A stretch of DNA of 64,000 nt, from the NCBI GenBank assembly GCA_012295275.1, contig CM022669.1, forward strand, positions 5,084,001 to 5,148,000. The letters run 5' to 3'. The stretch is from Chrysomallon squamiferum (taxonomy: Eukaryota > Animalia > Mollusca). The notes beneath the pieces were generated by a model that had not been told where the DNA came from, searched no databases, and saw only the letters and a list, made by a program, of their open reading frames with translations. Position numbers and translations under genes: made by a program. Below, piece by piece: positions 1-13,721 of this stretch; the first letter of the stretch is position 1, and each line of letters opens with the position of its first letter.

Positions 1-253
1 TGTGACCGTAAGTTATATAGCTTTTCCGATTCTAAATCCAGACCAACGTTAGAAAACAAAGTAAAACTATGATTTATTTTTTTTTCTTGTGTGATGCTTC
101 ATCTTGTGATACTGGTACTTACTGTTTTGTCTGATAAACAAAATATTTCTAATATCAGGTTTGTTTATTTAATTTAGTTTTTTCTTAAAGTTTTTCAGTT
201 TTGCTACTGTTATTTTCGTATTGTTATTGTTAATGCTATTGTTGTATTGCTGC

Positions 254-307
<54 letters not shown>

Positions 308-961
308 ATTAATTTTGGTTTTATATAGTATGCATTTAATAAACTGTGCATAAATAAAATTTAGCCATTTTTTTTTTTTTCATTGTTCTCCTTCTAATTT
401 CCCCTTCATCCCAGGTTAAGCATTCATTATCACAGTGAAGAAAGATAACTAGGTCGACTGTAAAGATTTTCTGTTATAAATGTAAAAAGTAAAAACTGAA
501 AAATAAAACGAATTTGATCGTCAGCCGAAGTGACAAAAAATTATCAGTTTCGTTTTAAATTATGGGAAAAATCGTAAATGTCCATAAACATTATCAGCAG
601 TAAAAGGATGTGAAAATAAGATCTCAGATAATTACAAAGATACAATAACAAAACGGTGGGTAACAAGATAATAATGAATAAGGCATGTTCAAAACGAGGC
701 ACATTTGTGTCGTTCCAGAAGGAGCAGCAGCAGGAGCAGTTATCTCCCCTGGACACAACAGTCACTTCAGCGGGGTTTTAAACAAGCGACTTTTTCTTAT
801 AAATGCTTTGAACACGAATGACCAAGCCAAAATGTATTCTCCGTATCAAAGAAATAACTGGATGATTATACGGTCTTTTTTTTTTTGTAACTTCATCCAT
901 GGTTGCACTATATCAGTTTCGTTAATGTCGTTATTATTATTATTATGTAGGTTTAATGAGT

Positions 962-2796
962 TCAGTCGTCTGACTTGTCCAAAATTCCTAATTTCTCGCC
1001 GACCCATTTGCCTTTTGCTATAATCTCGTCTTGCATCAGTGAAAAACACATGGACAAGATCGCCATGCCAAACATCACGTAGAAGGAACCCAGGATGAGC
1101 TGCGCCTGCGCCTGGGGTTATCGAAATCAGTTCCGGGCACGACGTCACCGAAACCGATGGTGCTGAGGGTGATGAAGCAGAAGTAGGCGGACTGCAACCA
1201 GTCCCATCCCTCCCACAGACCGAACAGCACCGCACCGCCGAAAATGTAGCCGCCGATCACGATCATCGTAATCGTCAAAGGAACGGTGATTTTCTTTTCG
1301 TCGAAATCGTCATCGTCGTCGTCGCTGTCGTCGTCAAGTATTACTGGATCATTTTTCGTCGGAGGCCTGTTAAAAGCTTTGAGATCGAGGGGAACTATTT
1401 TCACCGTTTTACCCGAAGGGCTGGGCGCCCTGGAGCCGGACTTTGAGGAACTGGGACGAACCGTAGACGAGATGTTGTCGATATTCGTCTTCTTGTTATC
1501 GTTGGTGTCCGTGCTGCCTGTCGGCGACTTCGTGGGTATTCGTGTGAAATCGTCAGCGGGACTCCCGCCGATAATTCCGGATTTGTCCGTCTTCCAGGCT
1601 GGGTCCTGCGACTTCTGCATCGGCCTAATCTGAACAACTTTAGTGGTCTTCTTCTTCTTGCGACGGCAGCAACCACAGCAGCAGATCCTGGCATAGATGA
1701 ATCGAAAGATGTCGGCTAGCACGTCGCCGATGTTGGCGAGACAGAGCAGCATGAGTGGAATTCCTAGAACAGCGTACGCTATACAAACCAGTCGTCCCCA
1801 TACTGTCTTAGGGGCGATATGTCCGTAACCTGAGTAAAAAGAAAATGAATAAATAAATAGCCATATGTATATGAATCTAATGTACAATTCAAGCTGAAGG
1901 ATAAACATACACTGTTCATAAACGTATCTGGTTAAATACAAAAGTCATTATGATTTTATATTCAAAGGGCAGCAGAATAAATTATCATTCAACAATGTGC
2001 AGTGTAGAAATATGTTACGTATTTTTCAGAAACGACAGTATTTTTGGAAACATGCATGCTTTTCCAGATTTAAAATGAAGTGGTTCTAACCAGCTGGCTA
2101 AATACATTTTTGTTTAGTCTCTTAGTGATTGTTTTATATTTTACCGAAGACTGGTTTCTGTTAAACTGGTACAATAATATTCTGAACTGTTCATTTTAGT
2201 TGTCAAATGACAATAAAATAGCTACAGTAGTGATAAAAAATACACTTTCATCAAGGCTTTGAATGCATTTTGGCTTTTATAAAATATTTTAAATCATAAA
2301 TCATGTACACTGTTATATTTCTTGAAAACGTGTTTAGAAATTAAAAATGGGTAACAGCAACAACAACAAAAACAACACAAATTAATGACTAACTTAATGA
2401 ATGAATGAATTAAATAACAATGATGACGATGATGACGGGTATTATGATGATGGTATTAAATGATTTATTGAGAATGCCGTTTTCCTCTCTTTTTGTTTAA
2501 CTGCAGGGTTCTTTCGTTCTGGAATTTGCACACGGAAACAGAAAGAGACAGCATCCGGTCTGAGTTTTGTTTGTAGTAGATTAACAATGGCTGGACGGGG
2601 CTTTAAAATGGTTGCAGTTTACAGAGAAATCCGGAAAAGCCAAATGCGGTTTTTCACAGATTTTATTGTATTACGGGTTGTTTTTTTTGTTTGTTAATAT
2701 CATAATAAATACATTTTAATAATAACGAACAAACAAACAAACAAACAAACAAACAAATAAATAACCATCGTCATCATTATAATCATCAAAAAAAAA

Positions 2797-2827
<31 letters not shown>

Positions 2828-3634
2828 GAAGCTTTTTATAAATATCAATACGGGTAAAGGTAACCTGAAATATTGTTCAAACAGCAGGTACCGTTTAAAT
2901 TTTGTAACTGTTGATGCGTTTCGTTATAAAGCATTTTAATCTCGCAGAAAAATATTCTAATATTATATTTATCGATTAGTTTCAAAGAAACATATACATT
3001 CGTTTTACTCAGGTAATTATGTATTCAGATACATATATATTTTATTATATATATATATATATATATATATGTACGTATGTATGTATGTATGTATGTATGT
3101 ATACTGACGCTATCGATTCATTGTCTTGTTCACAGAACAATACACTTGCCTGACGTAACCATAGCTACAGAGCTTTCTTTTATTGTTGATTAACATTCCG
3201 GGTGATCATAGGACAATCCATTATTAATGGGAAGTAAGTTGTGATACAGGATGGAACGTTTTTCTCTAAAGCCGAACGTAGACAAAAAAAAAAAAAAAAT
3301 TATCTCCAGTTTCAAACAACTCAATCAATAAGAATCATTGTTCTAGGTATTATCGACATATGCTCAAGTTCGTAATCTTTCATTTCAGTTCCATCACCTT
3401 GGAGATACACATCAGTTAACGCTTTACTTTTATATATATATATATATATCACCATTGTTCTTCTTTCAAATGCAATCGACCTTTTGCCAATCTTTGTCAT
3501 CTTTGCTTTATAGATTTTTTAAAAGTAAAAAAGAATTCTTTATTAATAATAAATATATGAAAAGAGGATTTATAAACTGAAGAAAATATCTTTAAAATAT
3601 TTATTACAAAAATGATGATGATAATGACGATGAC

Positions 3635-3688
<54 letters not shown>

Positions 3689-3881
3689 CATAATTAGATG
3701 ACGAAGAAGAAAAAAAAAAAACAACAACAAGAGAAACAAGAAGAATAAAATCACTAATTTGATAACATTCTAAACCGTGCCTAAAACTCGAATCCTAAAT
3801 TTAAAACTTGGCATGAAGAATTTTACCACTCAATTTAACTTACATTTAGAGAAGATAGAACTTCTGTCATTCATTTTTTAA

Positions 3882-3931
<50 letters not shown>

Positions 3932-4394
3932 TGTTGTTGTTGTTGTTCTTATTACCGCACTCAAAACCATCATCATATCATAACCTATAACATAACTGTT
4001 AGCACTAGATAGATCAAACATTTGAGTGTCTTATAGTTATTAATATTATTAATGACGTTTTTACTTGAGTTGGCATACTTTGCACACAACAAGCTAATCA
4101 GTGTAAAACGGATAGAAAACCAGCGTAGTGACACTTTGTTTCAGTCTCGCTTGACTGCGCAGTTTTATTTTTAATAATAACTGAAAATAGATGAAGGCAA
4201 ATATCATTCATTATAATTAAATCGGTCACTGTGTGCTTGTAATTGTGTTTATGAGCATGCATGAGTGCGTATGTGTAAGTATATATGTATGTGTGTGTTT
4301 GGGTATGTATATATGTGTATATATATGTACGCCTGTGTAAGTGTATATAATAATATCTCACGTCAGTATTATAGATGAATGCTTAAAATAGCTA

Positions 4395-4425
<31 letters not shown>

Positions 4426-4799
4426 ATATTTATCTCATGTCAGATTATCACAATCTCTGGAATCATCAGTTTGTTGCTATTTTTAGGCTTTCATCCATGA
4501 TGTTAACATCAGATATTTCTGTGTTGCTATGGGATACTATTGTTCACTCATGTATCAGCCGTGACAGCGGAAAGTGCAGTTTGAAAAATGACTGCACAAG
4601 TATACGGTTACGTGGGCATGTCGATAAAAAAACTTGTACACTTCTACACATGGCCGGAATTACACAGTTTAAACAAACATGGCTTAAAACGCCACACACT
4701 GGAGTGGCCATATTCAAGTGTTTTACAGGTTTATTTTCTTTTAAGTCAAAGACGAGAATTAAAATGTTATGTAGCTTCGGGGGAAAAAAAAATAGAATA

Positions 4800-4842
<43 letters not shown>

Positions 4843-7438
4843 GAACGTTAAGAACGTTCAGACCAAAGAGGAAATATATAATTTTCTTTTACAGTTTATG
4901 ATTAAAAATATATGTCCTCTCTTAATTTCGTTTTATAAGTTAAAACGCTTTAGTATGGATGACCATATGGACACCTTGGACTTCACGGTCCTATAAGGTA
5001 TTTCTTAATTTACGTTCGCGTCTTATCTGATTTTATTCTGTTAATAACCATCCGCATTTTATCCTGATATCGAAACATAACTTTCTTAACAAAAGCTTAT
5101 TAAAATCTCGCCATGTCTAAATCCTGCTCTGCTTCAACTAGTGTGCATCATGGCTCGGCTGAATCTTATGTCTAAATCTTGATATTTTTCTGTATGAAAT
5201 CTGCGATCAGCCGACGACCAATATTCATTACGAATCTCTTGCATTTTATGATTGTTCGGTATAAAGACAGGTTGCTGTGACATATCAATAAAAAGACTGG
5301 TACGCTTCTGTACCAAATAATTATGTAAGCAAACGACAGCACAATTTGCACGGAATCTTGAAATATGTGATGCGGTGGAGGGGGGTGTATGTTTCCTTCT
5401 TGTTCAGATTATTGCAGTGTGTGAATAGGCAGGAAACTTTGCATTGATTCTTTTTACATTCGACAAATCCTGATTCGATTTACGGTAATCACACCAATAA
5501 CACATGCTTGTAACGACACCAGTCTAGCTAACATGTCACTGACGCCCACTTTGTGTTCAGTTATTTCCAGTTCTCACTCGAGACTTTAGAGGGGGATACC
5601 AGAAACCAGGCTTTAAGTCTCCATTATTTTTGTTGCTGACCGAAACACATACTTACATACATATATACATATACATATACATATACACAAACACACACAT
5701 ACACATACACACATGTATATACACACACACATATATACACATACATATATATATATATACACTCATACACAATATTATTTACAGTTAGACAAATTTCATG
5801 CTGCCGAAGATTACGCCACAGCTTATCAAGTGCTATGGAAGACCCCCCTTATTAAAATTCCTGATCCGCCGCTGTTTCTTTGTTGTTAAGTAAGACTGAT
5901 TACTTTTAAATGGCCAGCACGAGAACACCGTTTTAAAGAAGTCGGTCATCGTTATTCCTTTGATGCTATTATTTCTTTTTCTTTTTTACTTTTTATTTTT
6001 CATGTTTTTTTTTCTTCGTTTTTTTTCCTCCTGTAATGTTTATTAGTGGGTTTTTTTTTTCCAGAATACTGAGAATACAACTTTTGTAAACGTTTTTACT
6101 GATGATGGAAGAATTCGTGTAGTGTGAAAAATAAAATCAGTGATGTATTATTTCAACTTTTTTAAGATAGCAAAAGCGTATTTTGAAACCGAATAACTGT
6201 AACAACGGCATAAGACAAAAAAAAAAAAAAAAAAAAAATACACACACATATACATATGAACTCCTATATATATATATTATCACTACATGACTATTTTTTT
6301 AATGTATTTAATTTTTCGACGTTAAGCTTTTTCTCGAAATATAATTATGTGTGTAATCTATCGTTACAAAATGTGCAGCAGTTGTTTGCAGGGTTCATTT
6401 ATCTAATATAATTATCACAAATTCTCCCGTCTTCCCTATCGTCCTTCTGCTGATCTTTGGAGCATCCAAAACTCAAATATCTGTTTATGAATTCACTGAT
6501 AAATCAGTCGTATTGTAAGTGAACCGATGTAACAAAACGTGTTTCAAAACACCTGTTAAACAGGTGGTCGGTCATTTCCAAGAAGTTTTCGTCAAAGATG
6601 TTTAAAACAAGTTAGTCGTAGTAAATGTCATAGTTACCTAGTTACTGGACTTTCTTATAAGGAGAGGCATTTAAATAGTAAGTTAAAAAGTGTGTGTTTA
6701 AATCTGTGTAAGAGAAAGAACCAAGGGGAGATCCTAGAACGTATCAGTTATAATGTAGAGGGCTCGACCACTGTGTCATACATGACCTGCTAATTACGTA
6801 TGTGGGAAATAAACTGAAGTTCTGAAATAAATTTGAAAAACATACAAATTATAATTAAAAAAAAAGAAATAAATAAAAAAACATAAAAAAACTCACAAAA
6901 ACAACACACTTTGAAAAATGAAAAAAAGAAAGAAAACAACTGCAGCAAAAAACCAGCACCAACACCAACACCAACAACACCAACGACAACGACAACAAAC
7001 GGACAAACAAACTCATACCGATAGTTGATATCACAGTGACCGAGAACATCAGCGCTCCCGGCCACGACCATTCGTAGACAGGACCCCCGGGCTCGCCGTA
7101 GTGGGGGCAGTCCCTGCCGTCGTAGCCGATGGCGAGGGTGTTGTTGCGGAACGTCTCCAGGACGCTTTTTATCTGGATCTCCATGATCTCTCTGTTGGCG
7201 TCGTTGGGGAAGCCGTAGTCGAAGAAAATCTTCAGCACGCTGTCTATCGTCTTGTTCTCCATCGGGATGTACTCGGATCGCGACTCGTAGCAGATCTGCT
7301 GCTCGTTCTGCTTTCGAGGTGTTCGAAGATGAAGCCGCCGGCCACGCAGTACAGAATGACCATCGCCGACAGGCCGATGTGCGAGAACATGAACTTGGTA
7401 AACTTTTTGCAGCATCCTTCACGCTTCTTCGTGCCCAT
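962..7438 (-). CDS. Two-pore-domain potassium channel (K2P; TWK/KCNK18-TRESK-like), ~429 aa after repairing two 1-nt homopolymer deletions; join complement(7019..7438, 962..1829)
   Basis: ATG at 7438 in a strong context (gtcaccATGG) with an in-frame TAA upstream. M1 ([23 protein letters not shown]), cap, then P1 loop [18 protein letters not shown]|YGHIAPKT split by a phase-1 GT-AG intron (1830-7018). M2 [24 protein letters not shown], a long M2-M3 loop, M3, P2 loop [20 protein letters not shown]4 ([30 protein letters not shown]...SDD*) continues in a shifted frame to TGA at 964-962. Frame breaks at plus-strand TTT 7312-7314 and GGGG 1114-1117. Confidence 0.93.
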
Positions 7439-7597
7439 GGTGACGTCGTCGTTGTTGACAAGCGTCTCAGTTTACAGTTTCAGGAGACAGAGTTTTTTTT
7501 TTTTTTTTTAATTCGAGTTCTTAAAACTTTTACCACCTTTTTCTTCTTCTTCTTTTTGTTTTTTAAAGATTTTTTAATTTAATCTGAAAGTAAAAGA

Positions 7598-7905
7598 ATA
7601 ATATAATATAATGTAATATAATGTAATATAATGTAATATAATATAATATAATGTAATATAAAATAAAATAATATAATATAATAGTAATATAATGAAATAT
7701 AATATAATATAATGTAATATAAAATATTATAATGTAATATAATGTAATATAATATAATATAATGTAATATAAAATAATATAATATAATATAATAGTAATA
7801 TAATGAAATATAATATAATATAATATAATATAATGTAATATAAAATAACATAATATAATGTAATGTAATGTAATATAATACAATATAATAGTAATATGAT
7901 ATAAT
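7598..7905. repeat. AATAT/AATGT pentanucleotide microsatellite
   Basis: Visible 5-mer periodicity; source of the Y/I/L/H-rich spurious ORFs. Confidence 0.9.
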
Positions 7906-8064
7906 GCATAATATGGTTTAACATATTATTAATATAATACTAGAGACGGTATCGTGATAAGAGTAACAAACACACACACACAGACAGACACACACACATA
8001 TGTATGTACGTATGTTTAAAAACTTGTGTATGTGTGTGTGTGTTGTGTGTATGTATCTGTACTG

Positions 8065-8134
<70 letters not shown>

Positions 8135-8711
8135 CCATGATCATTAACACGATCATCTTCATTATTAGAATTCATTAAATAAAAATGATACAAGTGGATC
8201 CCGCGTCATGAAAATACAAGAACAACGATTTTACTTGTTTGTGTTTTCTGGTTTTCGTTTAAAATTAAACATTAAAAATATTTCAGTAATGAATGACGTG
8301 AGTGAAGATATAAACTTAAATAATAAAAAATGTTTTTTTTTTTTTGTTTTTTTTTTCACTTGTAGCAAAACCATTGTATTAACAAAAAGTAAATAAATAA
8401 TTGATAATAAAAAAAATATATATAAAAAAAAAAAAAAAAAAATAAAAATAATAATAAAAAAAAAAATAAAAGGAAAAAAAAAAAAACTTCAACAGTGAAA
8501 CAAAATAATTTAGAACGACAACAGTAATTACATCATTAACAACTACTGCAACAAAATCAGCACCATGAATAAATAATGAAAAAAAAAAAAAGGTTAATAA
8601 GGATTTTTTTTTTTTTTTTTAAATAAAGCAAAACTAAGAAAAAGAAATAAAAACAGGAATCCCATCTCGATACGAAAAACATAAAATAATAATTAAAAAA
8701 AAAGAACCAAC

Positions 8712-9240
8712 CTCATCAAGCAGTGTGTCGCAGTACAATAAGTAATTAACGATACCAACACCATTTAACGTCAGACAAAAACAACGACGTGCCTATACAA
8801 CCGCGACAAGCCGTGTGCGATACAACTCCAACCACGTGAACCGCAATTTAACGATTTTATTTTTCGTTTTCTTCGCTTCTTCCATCGTATAGCAGCCACT
8901 GAATAATTTAAAGCAACTCTTCAGCTACTATCGATCGATCCCAACCCGGGTATAGTTTTCGAAGCCTGACAATCCATCACTTTACAAATATTTATCCTCA
9001 AACTATTTTTCTAGCATGTCTTATTTTTTGACATATATTGTTTACCGCGGCGAGAAACCCAACGCAGAGACAATCGATATTTTAATCGACCGCCAAGCTT
9101 CACCATGGCAACGATTCGTCGATTGGGTGACAGGCGCGCCGCTGCAGACAATGTCTTCTTGAACGCGTGAATTGATTGGCGCCCGGAACCAACGTCAACG
9201 TCACGCTGCAACGTAATGACGGAGAACAAGAGCGGGGTGG
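8712..9240 (-). promoter_or_regulatory. Probable promoter and non-coding 5' exon of the K2P gene
   Basis: CpG-rich patch. Minus-strand donor GAG|GTTGGT at 8711 could splice to the polypyrimidine-CAG acceptor at 7585-7584, upstream of the ATG. CCAAT boxes (ATTGG at 9122 and 9175), X-box-like GTTGCCATGGTGAA (9112-9099), and CRE half-sites ACGTCA at ~9192-9203. Confidence 0.45.
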
Positions 9241-9403
9241 ATGTTTACACCTTCAGAACAAAAGAGCGCGTGAGAGAGAAAGAGAGAGAGAGAGAGTAAA
9301 CAACAACAGCAGCAGCAGCAACTTCAACAACAATATAATCATCAAAGAATCAAGGACAATAATAAGACCCGTAGTCATTATTAAAGAGAAGAACAGAGAT
9401 AAC

Positions 9404-9439
<36 letters not shown>

Positions 9440-9512
9440 AAAGCCACAACCCAGAAAATGTTTCGTTCTACTTTCCAATGAACTAAAATTAATTTTTTTT
9501 TAAATTCACGTT

Positions 9513-9555
<43 letters not shown>

Positions 9556-10188
9556 TTTGGTTCAGCACGACGTCGGTGAAACTGACAAAGAACAGAAAAT
9601 TAAACATTTAAATTAATGAGAGATTTTCTTGCTGTGCTTTTGAATACATGTTAAAATTTGAACATTTCCACCGGTGTCACTGACATCTTATAAGAAATAA
9701 GGGAAATGGCTCCAAAAAAACCAACATTTTAAACGTCCTGGAGCTGAGGAAGTTTGGAGAAAGGTGTCTAGACTTCAGCTGCTCTGAATACCTTTACACA
9801 GAAAAAGATTCGTTTGAAACAAATAATCGCAGTCAAAGACTTTGTTGGAAAGTCAAAATCGATCTCTTCATTGATAATTCATTTTTATAGCATTTGGAGT
9901 CTGAATGAGAAAAAAAGATTTTTTTTTATTATAGTTGAATATAATGGTTGGGTAAATTTATACTTTTACTACAATTACTATATTATAACTACTCATGCAA
10001 CTACTACTACAACTCATATTGCTGCTGCTGCTACGTCTCCTGCTACTGCTGCTTCTACCACTTCTGCTACATCTGTTATTATTACAACCATTGTTATTAC
10101 TATTGCTACTACTATTACTATTACTACTATTACTAATATGTCTATCTATCTATCTTTCTGTGACTATCTATCTATCTATCTGATAGTC

Positions 10189-10249
<61 letters not shown>

Positions 10250-11636
10250 GTCTGTCTGTCTCTCTGTCTATCTATCCGACTGCCTGCATGTCTTTCAGTC
10301 TATCTGTCTGTATCTTTCTTTAATTTTTCCCCTTTCTTTCTGTTTTTCATTCTTTTTCTATAATTATAAATGATATCAATAACCATTGCTCTTTGCAACC
10401 AGTGACGTTCATACAACCGGATTTCATTTTTATAGGGATATAGTTAACACATTTTTCTTTCTTTTCACTCTTCTACTTATAATCACTTTCCATTGTTTAA
10501 CAAAAGTTGAATAAACTACTGATAATATAGACTATCAGAAGAAAACACTGGCCTTTAGTTGAAATAAATGTATTTACTAAAATAAATAAATTTATTGGAA
10601 GTTTTCAGTCTCTGTTTTCTATCGGGAAAATTCTGTGAACGAGGACTAAATAATTAAAACACGGTTTTCGGTTCAGTTGTTTTATTGTTATTGTTGTGTT
10701 GTTACCTATGAAATTAAAGGATCCCTCTACACAGTAAAAACTAGTTTTCTATGAGTATGTATTTTGTACGAGGTATAATTGTTTCTAAGAATACAATTCA
10801 ATCATCAACTATTCTGTTTTGTATGGTACGTAAAGCACAATTATATATACAGGAATAGGAATAGGAATAGGAAAAAAATTAACGTGCTAATCAGAGCAAG
10901 CTGTTGTGAAGCACGTCTGCGACGGGCACGCTTTCTGACAGGTCAGCGGGCGTGTCCGTCGCAGAGATATTATATACAGTATAAAATGTAGTTTATATAT
11001 TCTTGTGTGTGTACGTGTGTAGGTGTAAATTGAGTAGGAGAGTGTGTATGTAAGCGCAGTATAAACAATTAGATTGTAAGATGTAAGATAATATACTCAG
11101 TAATTTTCATATGTAAAGTATGTAGTGTTAAAATGTGAAATACGTAATGAAATATGATTATAAGGTTATGTGCAAAGTATTCATTGCAAACTCTATTGGA
11201 TGCACTCCAGTCTAAAGTATAAAAAGTGATTTTTGTTTATTTAATTAATTTCGTTTAATTATTTATTAAATTATTAATATATATAGGATAGTTTGTTTCA
11301 TTATTCGGGAAATATAAAATAAAAGTTTTAAAAAATATTTTTCTTATTGTTGCGTATGTTAAGGCATTTCAAAGCCGACAGGTTGAGGTTATTGAGACAT
11401 AACATTATTTAGCAATTTTTCTTCTTCCTTCTTATTTATTTATACATTTAGTTTAAACATATTTCTATAGCTTGAACTATCCACGTATAAAAAAACATAA
11501 ATTCAATTTTATTAAGTGTGGAAACATTAGGAAATCGTTCTAGTGAATATGCTGTGACCTTCTGCGAAACAGGTTACATATTTGTATGTAAAATAAGAAT
11601 ATGTTTATAAGCAAACGTTTATCTAAAATGTCAAAC

Positions 11637-12307
11637 GGTAAGATTAGTGTGTACAATGTAAAATGTGGAATATAATTTGAAACTGTTGGTAAGATTAGTG
11701 TGTACAATGTAAAATGTGGTATATAATTTGAAACTGTTGGTAAGATTAGTGTGTACAATGTAAAATGTGGTATATAATTTGAAACTGTTGGTAACATTAG
11801 TGTGTACAATGTAAAATGTGGTATATATAATTTGAAACTGTTGGTAAGATTAGTGTGTACAATGTAAAATGTGGAATATAATTTGAAACTGTTGGTAAGA
11901 TTACTGTGTACAATGTAAAATGTGAATTATATAATTTGAAACTGTTGGTAAGATTAGTGTCTACAAAGTAAAATGTAGTATATAATTTGAAACTGTTGGT
12001 AAGATTACTGTGTACAATGTAAACTGTGAATTATATAATTTGAAACTGTTGGTAAGATTAGTGTCTACAATGTAAAATGTGGATTATATAATTTGAAACT
12101 GTTGGGAAGATTAGTGTGTAGAATGTAAAATGTGGTATAATAATTTGAAACTGTTGGTAACATTAGTGTGTACAATGTAAAATGTGGTATATATAATTTG
12201 AAACTGTTGGTAACATTAGTGTGTACAATGTAAAATGTGGTATATATAATTTGAAACTGTTGGTAACATTAGTGTATACAATGTAAAATGTGGTATATAA
12301 TTTGAAA
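11637..12307. repeat. Minisatellite, 51-53 bp unit, ~13 copies
   Basis: Unit ggtaagattagtgtgtacaatgtaaaatgtggtatataatttgaaactgtt repeated head to tail with few substitutions and no unique spacers. Confidence 0.95.
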
Positions 12308-12400
12308 TTTAATGTAATCAGTTTAACACCTCAGAGCGGGGTTAAATTATTTTTTAACAGCGGTAAAACATTCAGTAGATATATATTCACTATATGTATG

Positions 12401-12487
<87 letters not shown>

Positions 12488-13104
12488 AAAGGCATTTGAC
12501 GTAATAATTCATTCCGTAGAGAATAAAATTTAGTTAGTGAACCAACATAAACATTTTTTTATATATAAATATGGTGGAGCACAAACAAAAACAGTGTGTT
12601 ATCAACTTGAAACAATTACATTCCAACCTAATAAAAAAAAAAAAATAATATTAAAAAAAAAATATATATAAAAATAAAAAAATAAAATATAAATAAATAA
12701 ATACATTTTTTTTTTTAATTTAAATAAAATAGAAAAATAATGAAAAATAAAATGAAAAAAAGAAAAAAGAAGAAGAAGATAATCATAAAATCAATAAAAA
12801 AAAAGAAGAATACTACTAATAATAAAATTGGATAATTCGTACGAATGCGTTTTGTTTTATATATATATATATTTTAAGACAAACAGAATCAAAGATAATG
12901 TCTTTGTCTATTTCTTCCTTTTTTTCTTTTCTTTTTAAATAGTATCTGAACAATTAAAACCACTGAACCATACCACCAGCTAACCTTAACGATTAGAACT
13001 AAGCAATATTTTTAACATGCACATTTCCTAGACAAGAAAACATTACCAGTCACCTTTACGTTTGTCAAAAGCACATGGTTCAGTGAACAATACTGAATAA
13101 CAGG

Positions 13105-13155
13105 ATCGATCTAACGACCTCCAGTGCCTGAGGCGAACACTCTACCTGCTATGTA
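13105..13155 (-). mobile_element. Degenerate tRNA-like SINE head fragment
   Basis: Minus strand reads GGTAGAGTGTTCGCCTCAGGCACTGGAGGTCGTTAGATCGATCCTG, resembling the D-arm, anticodon arm and T-arm order of tRNA-derived SINE heads. It does not form a complete cloverleaf. Confidence 0.35.
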
Positions 13156-13689
13156 CAAGTAATAAGTCACTGTGGAATGGATGTCACAACTCGCAATTTC
13201 TGCAATTAATTTCTGATATTTGCGTTACCGATGTTCTTGACCCATACTGAAATGTGTCCCAATATGGATTCCGTGCAGCCTCTCATTGTAAAATGCATTA
13301 CAGTTAAAAAAAAAAATGACATTAAAAAAAAAAAAAAAAAAAAAAAAAGAAAAATTCTGCAGTTGTTAGACGTGTAAATAACAAATATGTTTATAACAAA
13401 TAAGTGGTAGTCAAGGTAACGGTAAACCGTTTCTGATCAATTACATAACTGCTGAGAGTTTTGCCTCAGGGTGCAGTTATTTTTGTCAGTGGTGCAGAAA
13501 TATGAAATACAGAAAAAGTGAATTAATAATGTTTTTTTTTATTTATATAAATACAAATAAAAATGATTGGATGAACAAATGAATAAATAAAATAGAATAA
13601 AGTAAAACAATAAAGACAGAAATAACTAAAATAAATGTATGTGTGTTTATGTTTAGTTTTAATTTTTTATTAATTTTAATTTTTTATTA

Positions 13690-13721
<32 letters not shown>

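Noticed and set aside
5850-5875. aaaattcctgatccgccgctg resembling one terminus of a Harbinger-type MITE
   Set aside because: No matching opposite terminus or TSD could be identified; too short to call.
1114-7314. Programmed ribosomal frameshifting in the K2P gene
   Set aside because: Neither site is an X XXY YYZ slippery heptamer with an evident downstream structure, and two such events in one channel gene are far less parsimonious than homopolymer sequencing errors.
11637-12307. Regular ~52-bp array superficially like CRISPR
   Set aside because: The whole unit repeats with no unique spacers, there are no cas genes, and the context is eukaryotic.
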